A stretch of 62,004 nt of DNA, filler included, from Nemertoderma westbladi (Eukaryota; Animalia; Xenacoelomorpha), in the NCBI GenBank assembly GCA_032718475.1. It is 3 parts of 3 records of this genome, joined end to end, with 100 filler letters (N's around TTAATTAATTAA, not from the genome) between each part and the next. Parts side by side here need not be neighbours in the genome. Positions count along the whole stretch, not along the records: positions 1 to 24,391 come from JAUCBJ010002514.1; 2 more parts are not named here. One strand, written 5' to 3'. This document shows positions 1-10,818 of this stretch, piece after piece (position 1 is the first letter of the stretch; each line of letters begins with the position of its first letter). Both the position numbers and the translations under genes were made by a program. A model generated the notes under the pieces. That model saw only the letters and a program-made list of their open reading frames with translations. It was not told the origin of the DNA and did not search any database.

Positions 1-2
1 CA

Positions 3-1157
3 TGCGTTTATTTGTCGCGCCTCCAACTTGGCACGAGCGTCGGATGCTGCTTTCTTCCGTGCTAACTCGTCAGCTGCCGCCTGTCGTGCTAACACGTCAG
101 CTGCCGCCTGTCGTGCTAACTCGTCGGCTGCTGCTTCTCGCGCTAAGTCCTCCTCCAGTCTGCGCATTTCTGATGCTTTGAATTCGGCTTGTGCCTTGAG
201 TTGTGCAATTCTTGCCTCGTCCTCTCTACGTTGTTTCTCTCCTTCGATGGCGATCTGTGCCATCTGGTGTCGCGCTTCTTCCTCAGCGACTTGTTGTCGG
301 CGTGCAACCTCCTGTTGTTGTCGAGTAATTCCAGACGCTGTTCTACTAACGTCGCCAACGTTGCCAACGTCGCTCCGTACGCTAACGAACGAACTATCCA
401 GTGGTGGATGTTGGTAGGCTCGCGAGCCTTCCGTAGTGAGAACTTCCGTCGTCCCTCGCGGTTTGACTTCCGGTTCGTCGATCGGTACGCCGCATCTACG
501 AAGAAAATTGGTCAGCGTTTCCAACCTTCCGTCCAGGCAGTAGAGTTCTTCTTCCTCTTCGGGTTGTAACAATGCGTCCGAAACTGACTCACCTAGCAGT
601 TGGTCGAACTGCTCCTGTTGAGCCAATCTTATCACCGACTTAAACTGGATAAGGCTTTCTCTCGCACTTACCAATTTATCTACTATCTTTACCTGAGTAA
701 AGTTGTCGCCACGCAACTCTGCAAGTTCGTACAAACCTTTAAGTTTATCTACGGAGGCATGTACCCTACTTTCTATCCTTACCTGTAAGGTGTAGAACTC
801 GTATCTCGACATCGGGGCGGTTAACTCGCGTAAAACGCGAAAACCTTCTCCGAGGTTCTGAGTAATCTGGGCCATGTGTCCTCCTATACTTCTAATAACG
901 TTCTCCTGGCTTCCAGTCGAACTTACCATGTCCGGTTCCCGTGATCTAGTCTGCGGGACGGTAAGGAAATCTTCGATTCTGCCGTCGCCACGCGTTGCGG
1001 CTTCCGGTATTTCCGTTCGGGGTACCGGCGACGCAAGCGGTGTGACATCGGTGGAATCTCGGGTTCTCCTTCTCGGTTCGTCTACTGTCGATCTGTCCGG
1101 GTCGCACGAGTCATAGTCGGTAGGTGGGTATCTCGTCGAATGGGGTGTGTCACTCAT
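3..1157 (-). CDS. Bel/Pao element 1 gag-pol, N-terminal part (runs off the left edge of the window)
   Basis: ATG at 1157 opens a frame MSDTPHSTRYPPTDYDSCD...EDFLTVPQ...ELTAPMSRYEFYTLQVR...QLLGESVSD. It is colinear with the N-terminus of the 1998-aa ORF and has no stop before the window edge, which is why the ORF track omits it. Confidence 0.85.
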   Translation of the reverse strand, partial: MSDTPHSTRYPPTDYDSCDPDRSTVDEPRRRTRDSTDVTPLASPVPRTEIPEAATRGDGRIEDFLTVPQTRSREPDMVSSTGSQENVIRSIGGHMAQITQNLGEGFRVLRELTAPMSRYEFYTLQVRIESRVHASVDKLKGLYELAELRGDNFTQVKIVDKLVSARESLIQFKSVIRLAQQEQFDQLLGESVSDALLQPEEEEELYCLDGRLETLTNFLRRCGVPIDEPEVKPRGTTEVLTTEGSRAYQHPPLDSSFVSVRSDVGNVGDVSRTASGITRQQQEVARRQQVAEEEARHQMAQIAIEGEKQRREDEARIAQLKAQAEFKASEMRRLEEDLAREAAADELARQAAADVLARQAAADELARKKAASDARAKLEARQINA

Positions 1158-1342
1158 GTCTTATTATATACGTCAAGTACGGGTAATAAAATGTCAAAGT
1201 GTCTGAATGTTGAAGTGTCAAACTTACCTTGGTATATATAGTATCTATATACCCTAACCGGTACAAATAAATCAACAAGTCAGAATGTCGAAATGTCAAA
1301 ATGTCGAAATGTACAAATGTCAAACTTACCTTGATATATATA

Positions 1343-1804
1343 TATGTGGCTGGCCACGAGAAAAGGGACCTTATGTTACCGGAGGTCGATTTGGAGTTAT
1401 TAGGCCTATGAGATGCAGAATTTTACAGAGATTTTAACAAAAAAAACGGTGTCTCAATATCTATTTCCAAAAAAAAGTTATAGCGATTTATGTGAAGGTG
1501 ATTCGGGTAGCTCTTTTCCTACCTACCCGTATTAGTACCTTTTATTAAAGTCCTAAATTCAGACATGAAAACACTTAAACAGTGTTATATACAACACTGC
1601 AACATCTTATATTGCTTCCTGTAATTAGTTCTTTCCTAGGTATCTTGAATATCAGAACCAATTTGAATTTCCCGCATCGTTTTATACATTTCTAACTTGA
1701 TAATCCAATTAAATTTGTTCAAAAATAGAGGGAAACTTTAAACGCGATTATCTCAGAATCAGGTTTTGCGACATAAGGTCCCTTTTCTCGTGGCCAGCCA
1801 CATA
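1343..1804. mobile_element. MITE in a TA context (Tc1/mariner-like), inserted in the leader of element 1
   Basis: 34-bp perfect TIRs: TATGTGGCTGGCCACGAGAAAAGGGACCTTATGT and its reverse complement at 1771-1804. It sits in a TA run inside the second copy of a local duplication; the first copy (about 1221-1280) lacks it. Confidence 0.85.
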
Positions 1805-4189
1805 TATCATATATATACCCTAACCGGTACAAATAAACTAACAAGGTATATAATAAAATAAGTAGTAATCTAGCCTACCGGCTAAATTTGTACGAATAAG
1901 TGAGATAACGGTATACGTTAACAAAATGTAGATCAACAAGTATAAACAATAGGCCAAACAGCAACGTCTAACGGGAAAATAAGTACCAACAACACTACTA
2001 ATAGACAGTGAAACCCACAAATTTTGAGTACTACTGTGCTTTCTTAAGTTTGAACGACGCGAGTCGTAAAACTTACGTTCCTTTGATCTTCCAGTCGTAC
2101 AAATTCCCAAATACAAACCGGACGTGGGTCTTTCCGTTTTTCGGCGGCGCGGACGAATTTATTGTCTCCCAAACTTTGCGAAAGCGGTCTAATCCTCGAA
2201 GCGGTCCAGAAATGAGTCCTTGAGTCCTGAAAAGGTCGAAGGTGAGAGTTTTACTTCTACGCTTACGAAAATCTTCCTAGGTACCGATACAAATTGGTCT
2301 TTAAACCCTATGTACCTTTTCAAGTACCGAAAAGTAACACCGCACACACACGGCGTAAAACAAAGTGCTACAAACTAACTGTTAGCTAGTCAAAGATAAA
2401 ATACGAAAGTACTAGCTACCCTAAAAGCCTACTGAAGCAGGGGACGTTCTAAATTACTAAATTTACTAACCTTAGATTTAAATATCTCCTACTTTCAATA
2501 GCTAACAATTCTAAACTATACTATACGCTACGGCGGAAATACTATATACTAATTTATATAAGTACTTCCTACTGTAAGGGTCCAGTAGTATACCGCTTAC
2601 CAGATCCTAGTAACGATGTATCTTACTATGAGACTCTAGTAATGTATACGGGCTTGTACAGTATCTGACAACAAATCCCAGTCCAGGATATCTAAACAAA
2701 CAGATACAATACACAAACGACTACTGGCGAGGAACAGAGCCTTGTATCTATTCTATGTACGTGAGCGGGTCTAATGCCTACGTACTAGACAGAAGGATAC
2801 CTGTCCTCTAACCGGTGAGGCAGATGTACAGTTACAGTAACAGACCAAACTCACGGGAAAACAATCCCCGCGCAGCGAATCCTAACTATCACTGACAGTC
2901 CTAAATACAGTAACTTGCCGCGGTGTGATTTATATGGTTTATATACGAACTAGGTGGTTAACAGACCTAGTGTAACAATGCTGATCATCCCTGTCGAAAT
3001 CAGCCTAAAGGTCGTGCCTAAATGTAACAATAACTGATCCCCCTGTACGAAATCAGTCTAAAGGGTCAAGCCTAAATGTAACAATAACTGCTGGACAACA
3101 CAACAGTTTAATAACGAAAGTGAAATACTCCTTATCGCCGCAACTAAATCAGATCCTAATTTTACAAATACAGATAATTTCCACCTAAAGTAATGTATAG
3201 TGCGCTATAGCTAGTAGAACTTTAAAGGCAATATGTTTTAGGGCGTGTGTATGTGGGTGTGTTACAAATAAAACAATTTCGTGTAATTCCTTTTACTAGG
3301 TTTTAGTGATTTTCTGACTAAATGATACCGTGCGCTAGCTACTAAAATAAACTAGTCGCGTTTGTAGAACTTTATACTCACGAATGACGTCAAAGCTCTC
3401 TCCTTCCTATCCACAACCCAATGGGCAACCACAGTGTTAGTAACTACACCCGTGATCGGCACTAATACCAGATTCTGGTTGTAAGATAAGAATAGGGGTT
3501 AATCGCTACCGTACGTTAGCTGATCTGGTATACTAATTTAATTCTAGAACTTTGTTGCTGCGGTAGTTAGCAGCAATACCTATCAGTACGTGGCAAGGCG
3601 CGGTAGGATATTAATAAAACCTCCCTAGGCCGAGCAGTGTGCCAGTAGCAGAAATACTCCTTGCCTGATCAAATAGCTAACTCCAGACGGGGGGGGGGGG
3701 GGGGGGTACTAATGTACGTTCTACAAAGCGAACCGGTACCAAACAGTCAGTGCTATGAATCACTAAATTATGGAACATATGCTGTCCGTACCTAATATGT
3801 ACTCGCGTACTGATGAATGGCAATAGTTCGCACCTGTAGGAAGTACAGGTTAACCCAGGGGTTCGTAGGACTGACAAAGGGGGGGGGGGGGGGGGTGTCT
3901 GGATATAATTATTTGATCCTAAATTTGCGGCGTCCAGTACGGTGTCACGCTTACCCTGATCTATAGGTCTTACGGCGGGCAAGGGCGTCGAACAAAGTCT
4001 TACCTTCTCACAAAGCGGGCGCTGCATAGCAAGTGGAGTATTTCGAAGGGGCAAAGGGGGTGCGCGGTCAATCCAATGTGGGCGCTAGCGTGTTGTGGAC
4101 ATCTCTTCCCTGCGTTGCTTACGGCCTAACGGTCTAGGCTGCCATCTCCCTGATGTTTGGCTGTCCCAAAGTTGGACCAAAAGAAAACA

Positions 4190-4861
4190 TGTCAGGAATT
4201 TGCAGTATATTTACAGTTTTACAAAGGGATTTATCAAATAAAGTTTCAACAAGAAACCGAAATAAACTAATAACAATTTAGGAATTTGCAAGAGTAAGGT
4301 GGTGTTATACATAGTATAAGGGGGTAATAACGTGATAACCGAAGGCAAACCGGCCTTTTTATACTAGAAATTGCACATGGAAACTAAACAGAATTTTCCA
4401 CAGCTTCACATTTGAGCAATAAAGTGCTTCGTGCCCTATGATTGGCCCAGCTCATCGTTCAACGCAGTCCGGCCCTTACACTAATCTGGGACATGGAATC
4501 CTAACAGAATTTTCCACTGCCTCACATTCGAGCAATAAGATAATTTATGCCCTATGATTGGCCTGGCTCATCATTCGCTACGCTGTACGCTTCTCATTGG
4601 CCTACCAATTAGCACCACACGAAAATAAATGGCCCCAAAATACAAATTTCCCAACTGGGATTCGAACTCGTAACCTATGTAATGTAACCAACGCCTTAAC
4701 CATCTGACCACTACACCACGAGAGTACCTAAGGGTTTTATGTGTACAAATATGAATAGGCATATTACATAACTGTAGCTCAATCAAAATACGTCGGATTT
4801 TCGAAAGTTTTTACGTTAAAGTTAAACTACAAATGCTATCTTATAGTGAAATAATTCATCA
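4190..4861 (-). repeat. Putative 5' LTR of element 1
   Basis: Follows the PBS-like motif. Contains TATAAAAA (minus, 4356-4363), CCAAT boxes (about 4441, 4557, 4597) and an imperfect internal duplication (about 4385-4460 vs 4502-4576). No partner LTR is in the window to fix the ends. Confidence 0.55.
4637..4717 (-). ncRNA. tRNA-like Pol III unit within LTR 1 (not a functional tRNA)
   Basis: Minus strand: GGTGTAG-TGGTCAGATGGTTAAGGCG (A box/D arm) ... GAGTTCGAATCC (B box, 4658-4669) ... T4 (4637-4640). The acceptor stem does not pair. Confidence 0.55.
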
Positions 4862-7800
4862 ATTGTTTTTGCCTTAGAAGTAATGAGCGAGACATCGAAT
4901 TCTTCTGAGTCTACTTGTCTGCGCAAGTACGCTGCCACACCAAAGCCGTTGTCACTAGCGTCAGAAAAACAATGTAATTCCAAGTTGTCAGGGAATGTTG
5001 TTTGTAATGGAAAGTAGACTCTGGGTATGGAATAATCCTCTAGCGAAGATAATTCCGCCTCCCAGGTTTTCCATAAGTCCACTTGGTCTGATGAGATCGG
5101 CTCGTCCCATGTCAGTCCATCCTTCCAGATACTGCGCATATAAATGCGGGCTTGCAGTATTATTGGACTGATGAATCCTAATGGATCGAACAATCGGCTC
5201 AATTTTGACAAGCATGATCTCTTTGTCAGTGTGTTTTCTTGACTGTCCAGTCTCACTTTCACTCGAAAGTTGTCTGTGTTTGGGTCCCAAAAGAGCCCCA
5301 ACACCTTTGTCGTCGGTAGTGGTTCGAACTCTAGGTCTATGTCACCACCTCCATGCTCAGTCGTTCCGAATGAGTCTACTAATTCGGCACTGTTTGAGGC
5401 GAATTTGGTGAGGTTAAAACCTCCGCCCGCTAAGCAGTCCCGTAATTGATGTGCTACTGTTGTAGCACGTTCTACTGTGTCACAACTCTGTAAACCGTCG
5501 TCTACGTAAAAGTCACGTTCTACGATTTTAATTATCTCTGGGTCATATAAATGTTTCTGATCTCTAGCGGCTTGTTTTAGGGCGTACATCATGCAGTTTG
5601 GGCTGTCCCTGGCACCGAAAACGCGAACTTGCATTTGGTAAGTCGCCGGTGGTAGACTTAAGTCTCCTTCCGGGTACCAGAGGAACCGCAAACTGTCTCT
5701 GTCTCGCTCTAACGCTCTCACTTGGTGAAACATCGCTTCAACGTCGCAAGTAAAAGCTACTTGACGCTGACGGAAGCGCATAATCACCCCCATAAGATAA
5801 TTATTCATGTTTGGTCCATCCATTAACTCACTATTGAGGGACATTCCCTCGAACAGAGCCGCACAGTCATTGACTACACGTACTTTGTCTGGTTTATCGG
5901 GGTGTCTCACAAAGTGATGTGGCAAGTAGTACGTCTGGTCAGTCACTCGCTCTGGGTTAGTCATTCGGATAGCGTATCCCTTGGTCAAATACGTCTCCAT
6001 CTGAGTGTTATACTGCAGATGGGCTTTCTCGTCCTTTAATAGACGTTGTCGTATTGAGTGCAGACGTCTTAAAGATAACGGGTAGTTATTTATGAGTTTA
6101 GGACTTTGGCTACGCCATAACATCCCTACCTCATAATGTCCGTCTTTCGTCTGGCGGATAGTATCTTCCATGATCTTCAGAGATTGTTTCTCCTGTTCCG
6201 ACATACATGGTTCGTAGCTACCAGGTTCGGCTGTATCTTGTTCTAACCACCTGATAGTCTTCTTGGTTAATTCTTTGTCCAGTGCAGCTTGTTCCACTTG
6301 ATGGTTTTTTAACGCGTCGTCATCGATATCGACGGGCATTGTTGAGGTTATTGGGGTAGGTAGACTCGCAAGCCTTCCGGCGTTATCATCCGTCGTCGAT
6401 GGAATCTCTGGTTGACTCGTCTTCTCCCCAAGTTCTAAACTCACCTGGTGGATTAGCTGCTCCTTGTGACTTATCATACTAGTTACACGCGTCGTGTCAT
6501 GTTTTGTCGAATGTAGTGTAGTATAGTCTCGGTCGTGTGAAAAGGAATGAATTGAATTTGTAGTTAATAAACTACATGTACTTTGTACATCTTCCTCGTC
6601 ACTTATGTCTAGTGTGCGCACAGGCGCTCGAGTATACCACCCTATCGGCGTTCTACAGGCGTATGCGTTTCCCGCTACGACTGCCGATGGTCTGGTTTCC
6701 CACACTTGATGTAGGTTGAATTGGTCTGTCCCGATCAGCATTGCTACCGATCTATAATTGACAGGACATTCAGGTACACCAAGGTGTCTGAAATACTTAC
6801 GGTCCTCCAAGGATTGTTCTGGCACTGGACCTAGTAGGTTACTAAAGTCCTTGGTGGCCGCAAAAGTCAAATCCTTAAAGGGTAACAAAGACCTCTCCTT
6901 TTCGCTGTGTTGTGATTTTGGAAGAAGAGTGTCTAAGTTTAACTTAACTCGTGTCACTGGTATTGCACGTTGTCCGTGCATACTACTTACGGTATAACTG
7001 ACACGCTTACCTTGTCGGAGATCCGTCACTACATCAGCTATCTTTTCATCCACGTAGCTGTGAGATGAGGCTGAATCTAGAATAGCGTAGATTCTCTTGC
7101 TCCCCTTTGTGCCAGTAATCTTAATCGGAATTACACTGAATCCCTTTAGTTGGTCAGTAGTCAGAAGCGCGATCGATGGCTGTTCATCTCCATCCGAATA
7201 TACGTCGTCGTCTTCTGACTCTTTGTCCGACGATCCGGATTGTTCTGAGAAGCAATCCTTTATATGTGTCACAAAGGTTGGAGTCGTTTTCGATTCTCGA
7301 TTTTTGTACGCGGTGTTACATTTCGCTGCTGCCTCCGGGTGTTCCCTGGCGAAGCGTTTTGTCGGCGTGTGGCTGTCTGTGTGGAGCAGACCGTCATGGT
7401 TGCGTCCACAGGATGGACAAGTGTCGGTATTTGGGCAATCTTTGCGGACGTGTCCGTGTCGCGTACACCGCCAACAAGAGTCTAATGGCCGTATCTGCAG
7501 CCGTTGTTCTTCCGAGTTTAACTCGCGAAACTGTCGACAACCTCTCAACTTGTGACCGATATACCGCTTACCTAAATGCTCGCAGTATTGGCAGCCGCTG
7601 AAGTCTGTATTGAGTTGCTGTCGAGTCTGTTTTACTCCAATGGGCGCAGATACCCTACTGTCCAAGAATTGTCGGGTTTCCGTCGGTGTGGCGTAGGTGG
7701 CCATCTTGGTGGATGTTGTCTGGGGTTTTTGTCGGTTGGAGGATGGCAAGGTGATCCCTTCTACTACGATGTGCTGGTCAGTGTAGTTGGATCGAGTTTC

Positions 7801-10800
7801 TACTACTGCTTCCCTGGATATCAAAAGGTACACATCTTCCAGTTTTAAGAATCCACCCCGCTCTTCCCGCTGGTATTCGATCTTTCTCCACTCCCGACGA
7901 AGTCGATGGTGGAGTCGTCCTATGATCTTTAATAGGACTGTAGGGGTATTCCCGTAGTCAAGTTGTCCAATGGATCTCAAAGTAGTAATAGCGTTCTTTA
8001 TTTCGTCAGCTAGTTTTAACAAGTCGACAGGTTTAGTAATAGCCCCTCCCTTACAGAGTTCCTCTATCACTGACCTGGCCATACTGACTGTACCTCCGTA
8101 GATCAAAGTCAAACGATCGTACGCTAGTTCAAAGGCATCCGGTACACCGACGAAGGTCTCTGCCAAACGTTTAGGTTCTCCTGACAACGTTTGAAGCAGG
8201 TAATTAAACTTCTCCCGTGATGTAAAGGCGCACACGGCAATCTGAGATTCGATATAGTCTACAAAAGTATGCCAGTGTTTTGAGCTACCGGAAAACTTAG
8301 GTGGTTGTTGCACCGGTAGTCCTTGTCTAGCTGCGAATTTCGCTATCTCCTCGGCAACGTTCAAAGTTTCGCGTCCTTGGTTGGCACACTGGTTGATGTT
8401 CTCCCTTCTTGGCGCTTTTCTTTGATACGATGTATTTGTCGATGGTATTTGTCTTTGCGAAAACTTTGGATTTCTATTGTGTTCGAATTCGGAATTTCTC
8501 GAACTGTCGGTTTGAGCTTCCTCCAAGCGTTCCTCTATCTGGGCCAACTTGTTGACAACTGGTCTCAGAATGTCAGCAAATTGTTGAGTACTGATTGCGT
8601 CCGTTGGTTGTAACGCCTTCTGTGTTGGTGTATTTTGTGGAGGATTGTCTACAAAGGAGTTGTCTGAACGCTCGCGTTTATATTCATCGGCTGCTCCTGT
8701 TCTAAATACCTCGCGTTTCGGGTAATCCGATTCGCTCGAAGTACTACTATCATCTGGATATGGTGGTCGACGTGCTCGCGTCCGTTGCGTCGTACGAATT
8801 CTAACGTTTCGTTTCGGAACATCGTCCACTGATCTCCGTTGTTCGGTAGGCTCACAAGTCTTCCTCGAAGTCGTAGATTGCAATGTAAACTGGTTGAACG
8901 GTCGCGTATCCACTGGTCTCCGTTGTTCGGTAGGCTCACAAGTCTTCCTCGAAGTCGTAGATTGCGATGTAAACTGGTTGAACAGTCGCGTATCCACTGG
9001 TCTCCGTTGTTCGGTAGGCTCACAAGTCTTCCTCGAAGTCGTAGATTGCGATGTAAACTGGACCGGTGGTCGGACGACAGCGTTTGAATCCAAAGGCCTT
9101 GTAGGCCTAAACGTCATTGGGTAAGCGTAGTGTGTAACGGGTTTCTGTGTCGAAGGTGGACTCACCTGTTTTGTCGTTAGTAGCGCAGGTCCGACTAATA
9201 AACTACTACGATCTGTAATCGGCGGGTTACTTACCTTGACTTTCGGAATAGGCGATGACGTTGCTCTTGGCGGTGTAAACTTGTCCGGAATAACAAACCT
9301 GTGTTCCGTCGCACCATGGACAGGAGAAATATTACTACTACCAGCAATCGAAACAGGTTCCTTAGTCGTAATCGGTGCAAACATAGGAGTTACTCGAGGG
9401 AATCTTTGACATAAGTCCTTTACTAGTTGTCTTTCTCGCCCAGGTGCCCCTACACTTCCTTCCTTCATTCGTTCCTGAATTTGGCGGTGTCTTACCTCTA
9501 ACTGGTCTAAATCATGTCCGTCACGAGATCTCATCGATCGATCGCGGGCTTGTAGATCCAGATCTTCCTTCGCGTTGGCTAATTCTCTCGCCTTCTTCCC
9601 GAGTTGAAGTTTAACTTCCTTCTCGCGTTGTTCCGTCTGTTGTTGTTGCGCCTCGAACTCCGCTTGTCGTATAGCTGATTGAGCCTTTATTTGCCGTTTT
9701 TTCATCTCGGCTCTCGCTTCTGAAACTATCCTTTGTCGCTCTAATTCAGCCGCTGCTGCTGCCGTTTGTCGCTCTAACTCAGCTGCTGCCGTTCGTTGCG
9801 CTAACTCGGCCGTTGCCGCTTGTTGGGCGATGTCCAACTCCAACCTTTCCATCTCGGCCGCTTCCAACTCGGCTTGTTCTTGCAGATGAGAGATTCTTGC
9901 AACACGTAGTTTTTCTTCTTCTACCGCCGCTTGTGCCGTCAACAGTTGAGCTTGTTCCTCAACTTCCCGTTGTTGTCTATAGTGTTGTTGTTGCTGTCTG
10001 GAAATTTCTGACGTCACTATACTTATCTCGCCAATTTCGCTGCGAATACTCACTAACGATTGGTCCAGTATTCCCGGTGCCGATTCGATTCGTACGGGTG
10101 AAGTTTCCCTCGTATATTCCGGCACGGTTTCCAAATCGCCGACGTCTTCGCCGCACATACGTAAGTGGTCCGTCAGATGTTTCAATTGTCCATCCAGTCG
10201 GTACAGTTCCTGTTCTTCCTCGGGCTGCAATAATTCGTCCGAAACTGACTCACCTAACAACTGGTCTGCTTGTTCCTGTTGTATCTGCCTAATCGTCGAC
10301 TTAAACTGAATCAGTTTCTCTCTAGCGATCATTAGTTTCTCGAGGATTCTAAGTTGAGTATCTATATCCTGTCTCTGTCTAGCTAGATCTTGTAGACTGA
10401 TAAGGTTATCTACGGAATTATGTACTCTACTTTGTACTCTAACCTGGAGGGTGTAGAACTCGAACCGAGACATCGGAGCGGTCAACTCATCTAATATGCG
10501 TTGGCCTTCTCCAATACTCCTGGTAATATGCGCCATGTAGCCGCCGACGCTTCTAACCACGCTCTCCTGGCTTCCTACTGAACTTACCATGTCCGTTTCC
10601 CTATATCTAGGTTGCGGAACAGTTAGAAAGTCCTCGGTCCTGCCGTCGCCTCGTACTACGGCATCCGGTACTCCCGTTGGATGTACTGGTGACGCACACG
10701 GTGTAGGTTCGGTAGGCTCGCGAGTCTTCCCCTGTTGTTCTTCCGCTGCTGACTTATCCGCGTCACATGAGTCATAGTCGGTAGGTGTATTCTTCGTATA

Positions 10801-10818
10801 GTCTTGTTTGTCACTCAT
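4822..10818 (-). CDS. Bel/Pao gag-pol polyprotein, 1998 aa, truncated in the RNase H region (no integrase)
   Basis: Gag DUF1759-like PPKFSG..WHTF (about aa 840); three Cys/His knuckles (CQYC..H..C, CWRC...HVRKDC, CPSC..H..LLH); protease AILDSAS; Pao RT motifs YYLPHH, DKVRVVND and DFYVDDGL; RNase H LHCFSDAS. Homology stops at LITSKAK. Confidence 0.95.
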   Translation of the reverse strand: MSDKQDYTKNTPTDYDSCDADKSAAEEQQGKTREPTEPTPCASPVHPTGVPDAVVRGDGRTEDFLTVPQPRYRETDMVSSVGSQESVVRSVGGYMAHITRSIGEGQRILDELTAPMSRFEFYTLQVRVQSRVHNSVDNLISLQDLARQRQDIDTQLRILEKLMIAREKLIQFKSTIRQIQQEQADQLLGESVSDELLQPEEEQELYRLDGQLKHLTDHLRMCGEDVGDLETVPEYTRETSPVRIESAPGILDQSLVSIRSEIGEISIVTSEISRQQQQHYRQQREVEEQAQLLTAQAAVEEEKLRVARISHLQEQAELEAAEMERLELDIAQQAATAELAQRTAAAELERQTAAAAAELERQRIVSEARAEMKKRQIKAQSAIRQAEFEAQQQQTEQREKEVKLQLGKKARELANAKEDLDLQARDRSMRSRDGHDLDQLEVRHRQIQERMKEGSVGAPGRERQLVKDLCQRFPRVTPMFAPITTKEPVSIAGSSNISPVHGATEHRFVIPDKFTPPRATSSPIPKVKVSNPPITDRSSLLVGPALLTTKQVSPPSTQKPVTHYAYPMTFRPTRPLDSNAVVRPPVQFTSQSTTSRKTCEPTEQRRPVDTRLFNQFTSQSTTSRKTCEPTEQRRPVDTRPFNQFTLQSTTSRKTCEPTEQRRSVDDVPKRNVRIRTTQRTRARRPPYPDDSSTSSESDYPKREVFRTGAADEYKRERSDNSFVDNPPQNTPTQKALQPTDAISTQQFADILRPVVNKLAQIEERLEEAQTDSSRNSEFEHNRNPKFSQRQIPSTNTSYQRKAPRRENINQCANQGRETLNVAEEIAKFAARQGLPVQQPPKFSGSSKHWHTFVDYIESQIAVCAFTSREKFNYLLQTLSGEPKRLAETFVGVPDAFELAYDRLTLIYGGTVSMARSVIEELCKGGAITKPVDLLKLADEIKNAITTLRSIGQLDYGNTPTVLLKIIGRLHHRLRREWRKIEYQREERGGFLKLEDVYLLISREAVVETRSNYTDQHIVVEGITLPSSNRQKPQTTSTKMATYATPTETRQFLDSRVSAPIGVKQTRQQLNTDFSGCQYCEHLGKRYIGHKLRGCRQFRELNSEEQRLQIRPLDSCWRCTRHGHVRKDCPNTDTCPSCGRNHDGLLHTDSHTPTKRFAREHPEAAAKCNTAYKNRESKTTPTFVTHIKDCFSEQSGSSDKESEDDDVYSDGDEQPSIALLTTDQLKGFSVIPIKITGTKGSKRIYAILDSASSHSYVDEKIADVVTDLRQGKRVSYTVSSMHGQRAIPVTRVKLNLDTLLPKSQHSEKERSLLPFKDLTFAATKDFSNLLGPVPEQSLEDRKYFRHLGVPECPVNYRSVAMLIGTDQFNLHQVWETRPSAVVAGNAYACRTPIGWYTRAPVRTLDISDEEDVQSTCSLLTTNSIHSFSHDRDYTTLHSTKHDTTRVTSMISHKEQLIHQVSLELGEKTSQPEIPSTTDDNAGRLASLPTPITSTMPVDIDDDALKNHQVEQAALDKELTKKTIRWLEQDTAEPGSYEPCMSEQEKQSLKIMEDTIRQTKDGHYEVGMLWRSQSPKLINNYPLSLRRLHSIRQRLLKDEKAHLQYNTQMETYLTKGYAIRMTNPERVTDQTYYLPHHFVRHPDKPDKVRVVNDCAALFEGMSLNSELMDGPNMNNYLMGVIMRFRQRQVAFTCDVEAMFHQVRALERDRDSLRFLWYPEGDLSLPPATYQMQVRVFGARDSPNCMMYALKQAARDQKHLYDPEIIKIVERDFYVDDGLQSCDTVERATTVAHQLRDCLAGGGFNLTKFASNSAELVDSFGTTEHGGGDIDLEFEPLPTTKVLGLFWDPNTDNFRVKVRLDSQENTLTKRSCLSKLSRLFDPLGFISPIILQARIYMRSIWKDGLTWDEPISSDQVDLWKTWEAELSSLEDYSIPRVYFPLQTTFPDNLELHCFSDASDNGFGVAAYLRRQVDSEEFDVSLITSKAKTIDELFHYKIAFVV
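8826..9061. repeat. 84-bp in-frame tandem repeat (about 2.8 copies) in gag
   Basis: Units start at 8826, 8910 and 8994 and encode QFTSQSTTSRKTCEPTEQRRPVDTRxFN. Confidence 0.95.

Larger units (their letters stand above)
1..4861 (-). mobile_element. Bel/Pao LTR retrotransposon 1 (5' LTR, about 3 kb leader, start of gag)
   Basis: Paralogous ORF start; leader blocks shared with element 2; PBS-like TTTTGGTCC on the minus strand at about 4175-4183; TATA and CCAAT motifs. The right boundary is approximate. Confidence 0.75.

Noticed and set aside
2119-2226. Coding micro-exon in the Bel/Pao leader
   Set aside because: It is open in element 1, but the homolog in element 2 has single-base indels and a stop in the equivalent frame.
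2971-3090. Hammerhead ribozyme in the duplicated CTGATC...CGAAATCAG units
   Set aside because: The core reads CTGATCA/CTGATCC rather than CUGANGA; treated as a simple tandem duplication with a small hairpin.
4637-4717. Functional tRNA genes (here and at 13234-13320)
   Set aside because: Acceptor and anticodon stems do not pair and there is no assignable anticodon; kept only as tRNA-like units.
28-10777. Plus-strand ORFs overlapping the Bel/Pao genes
   Set aside because: They are antisense shadows of the long minus-strand frames and carry no recognisable motifs.
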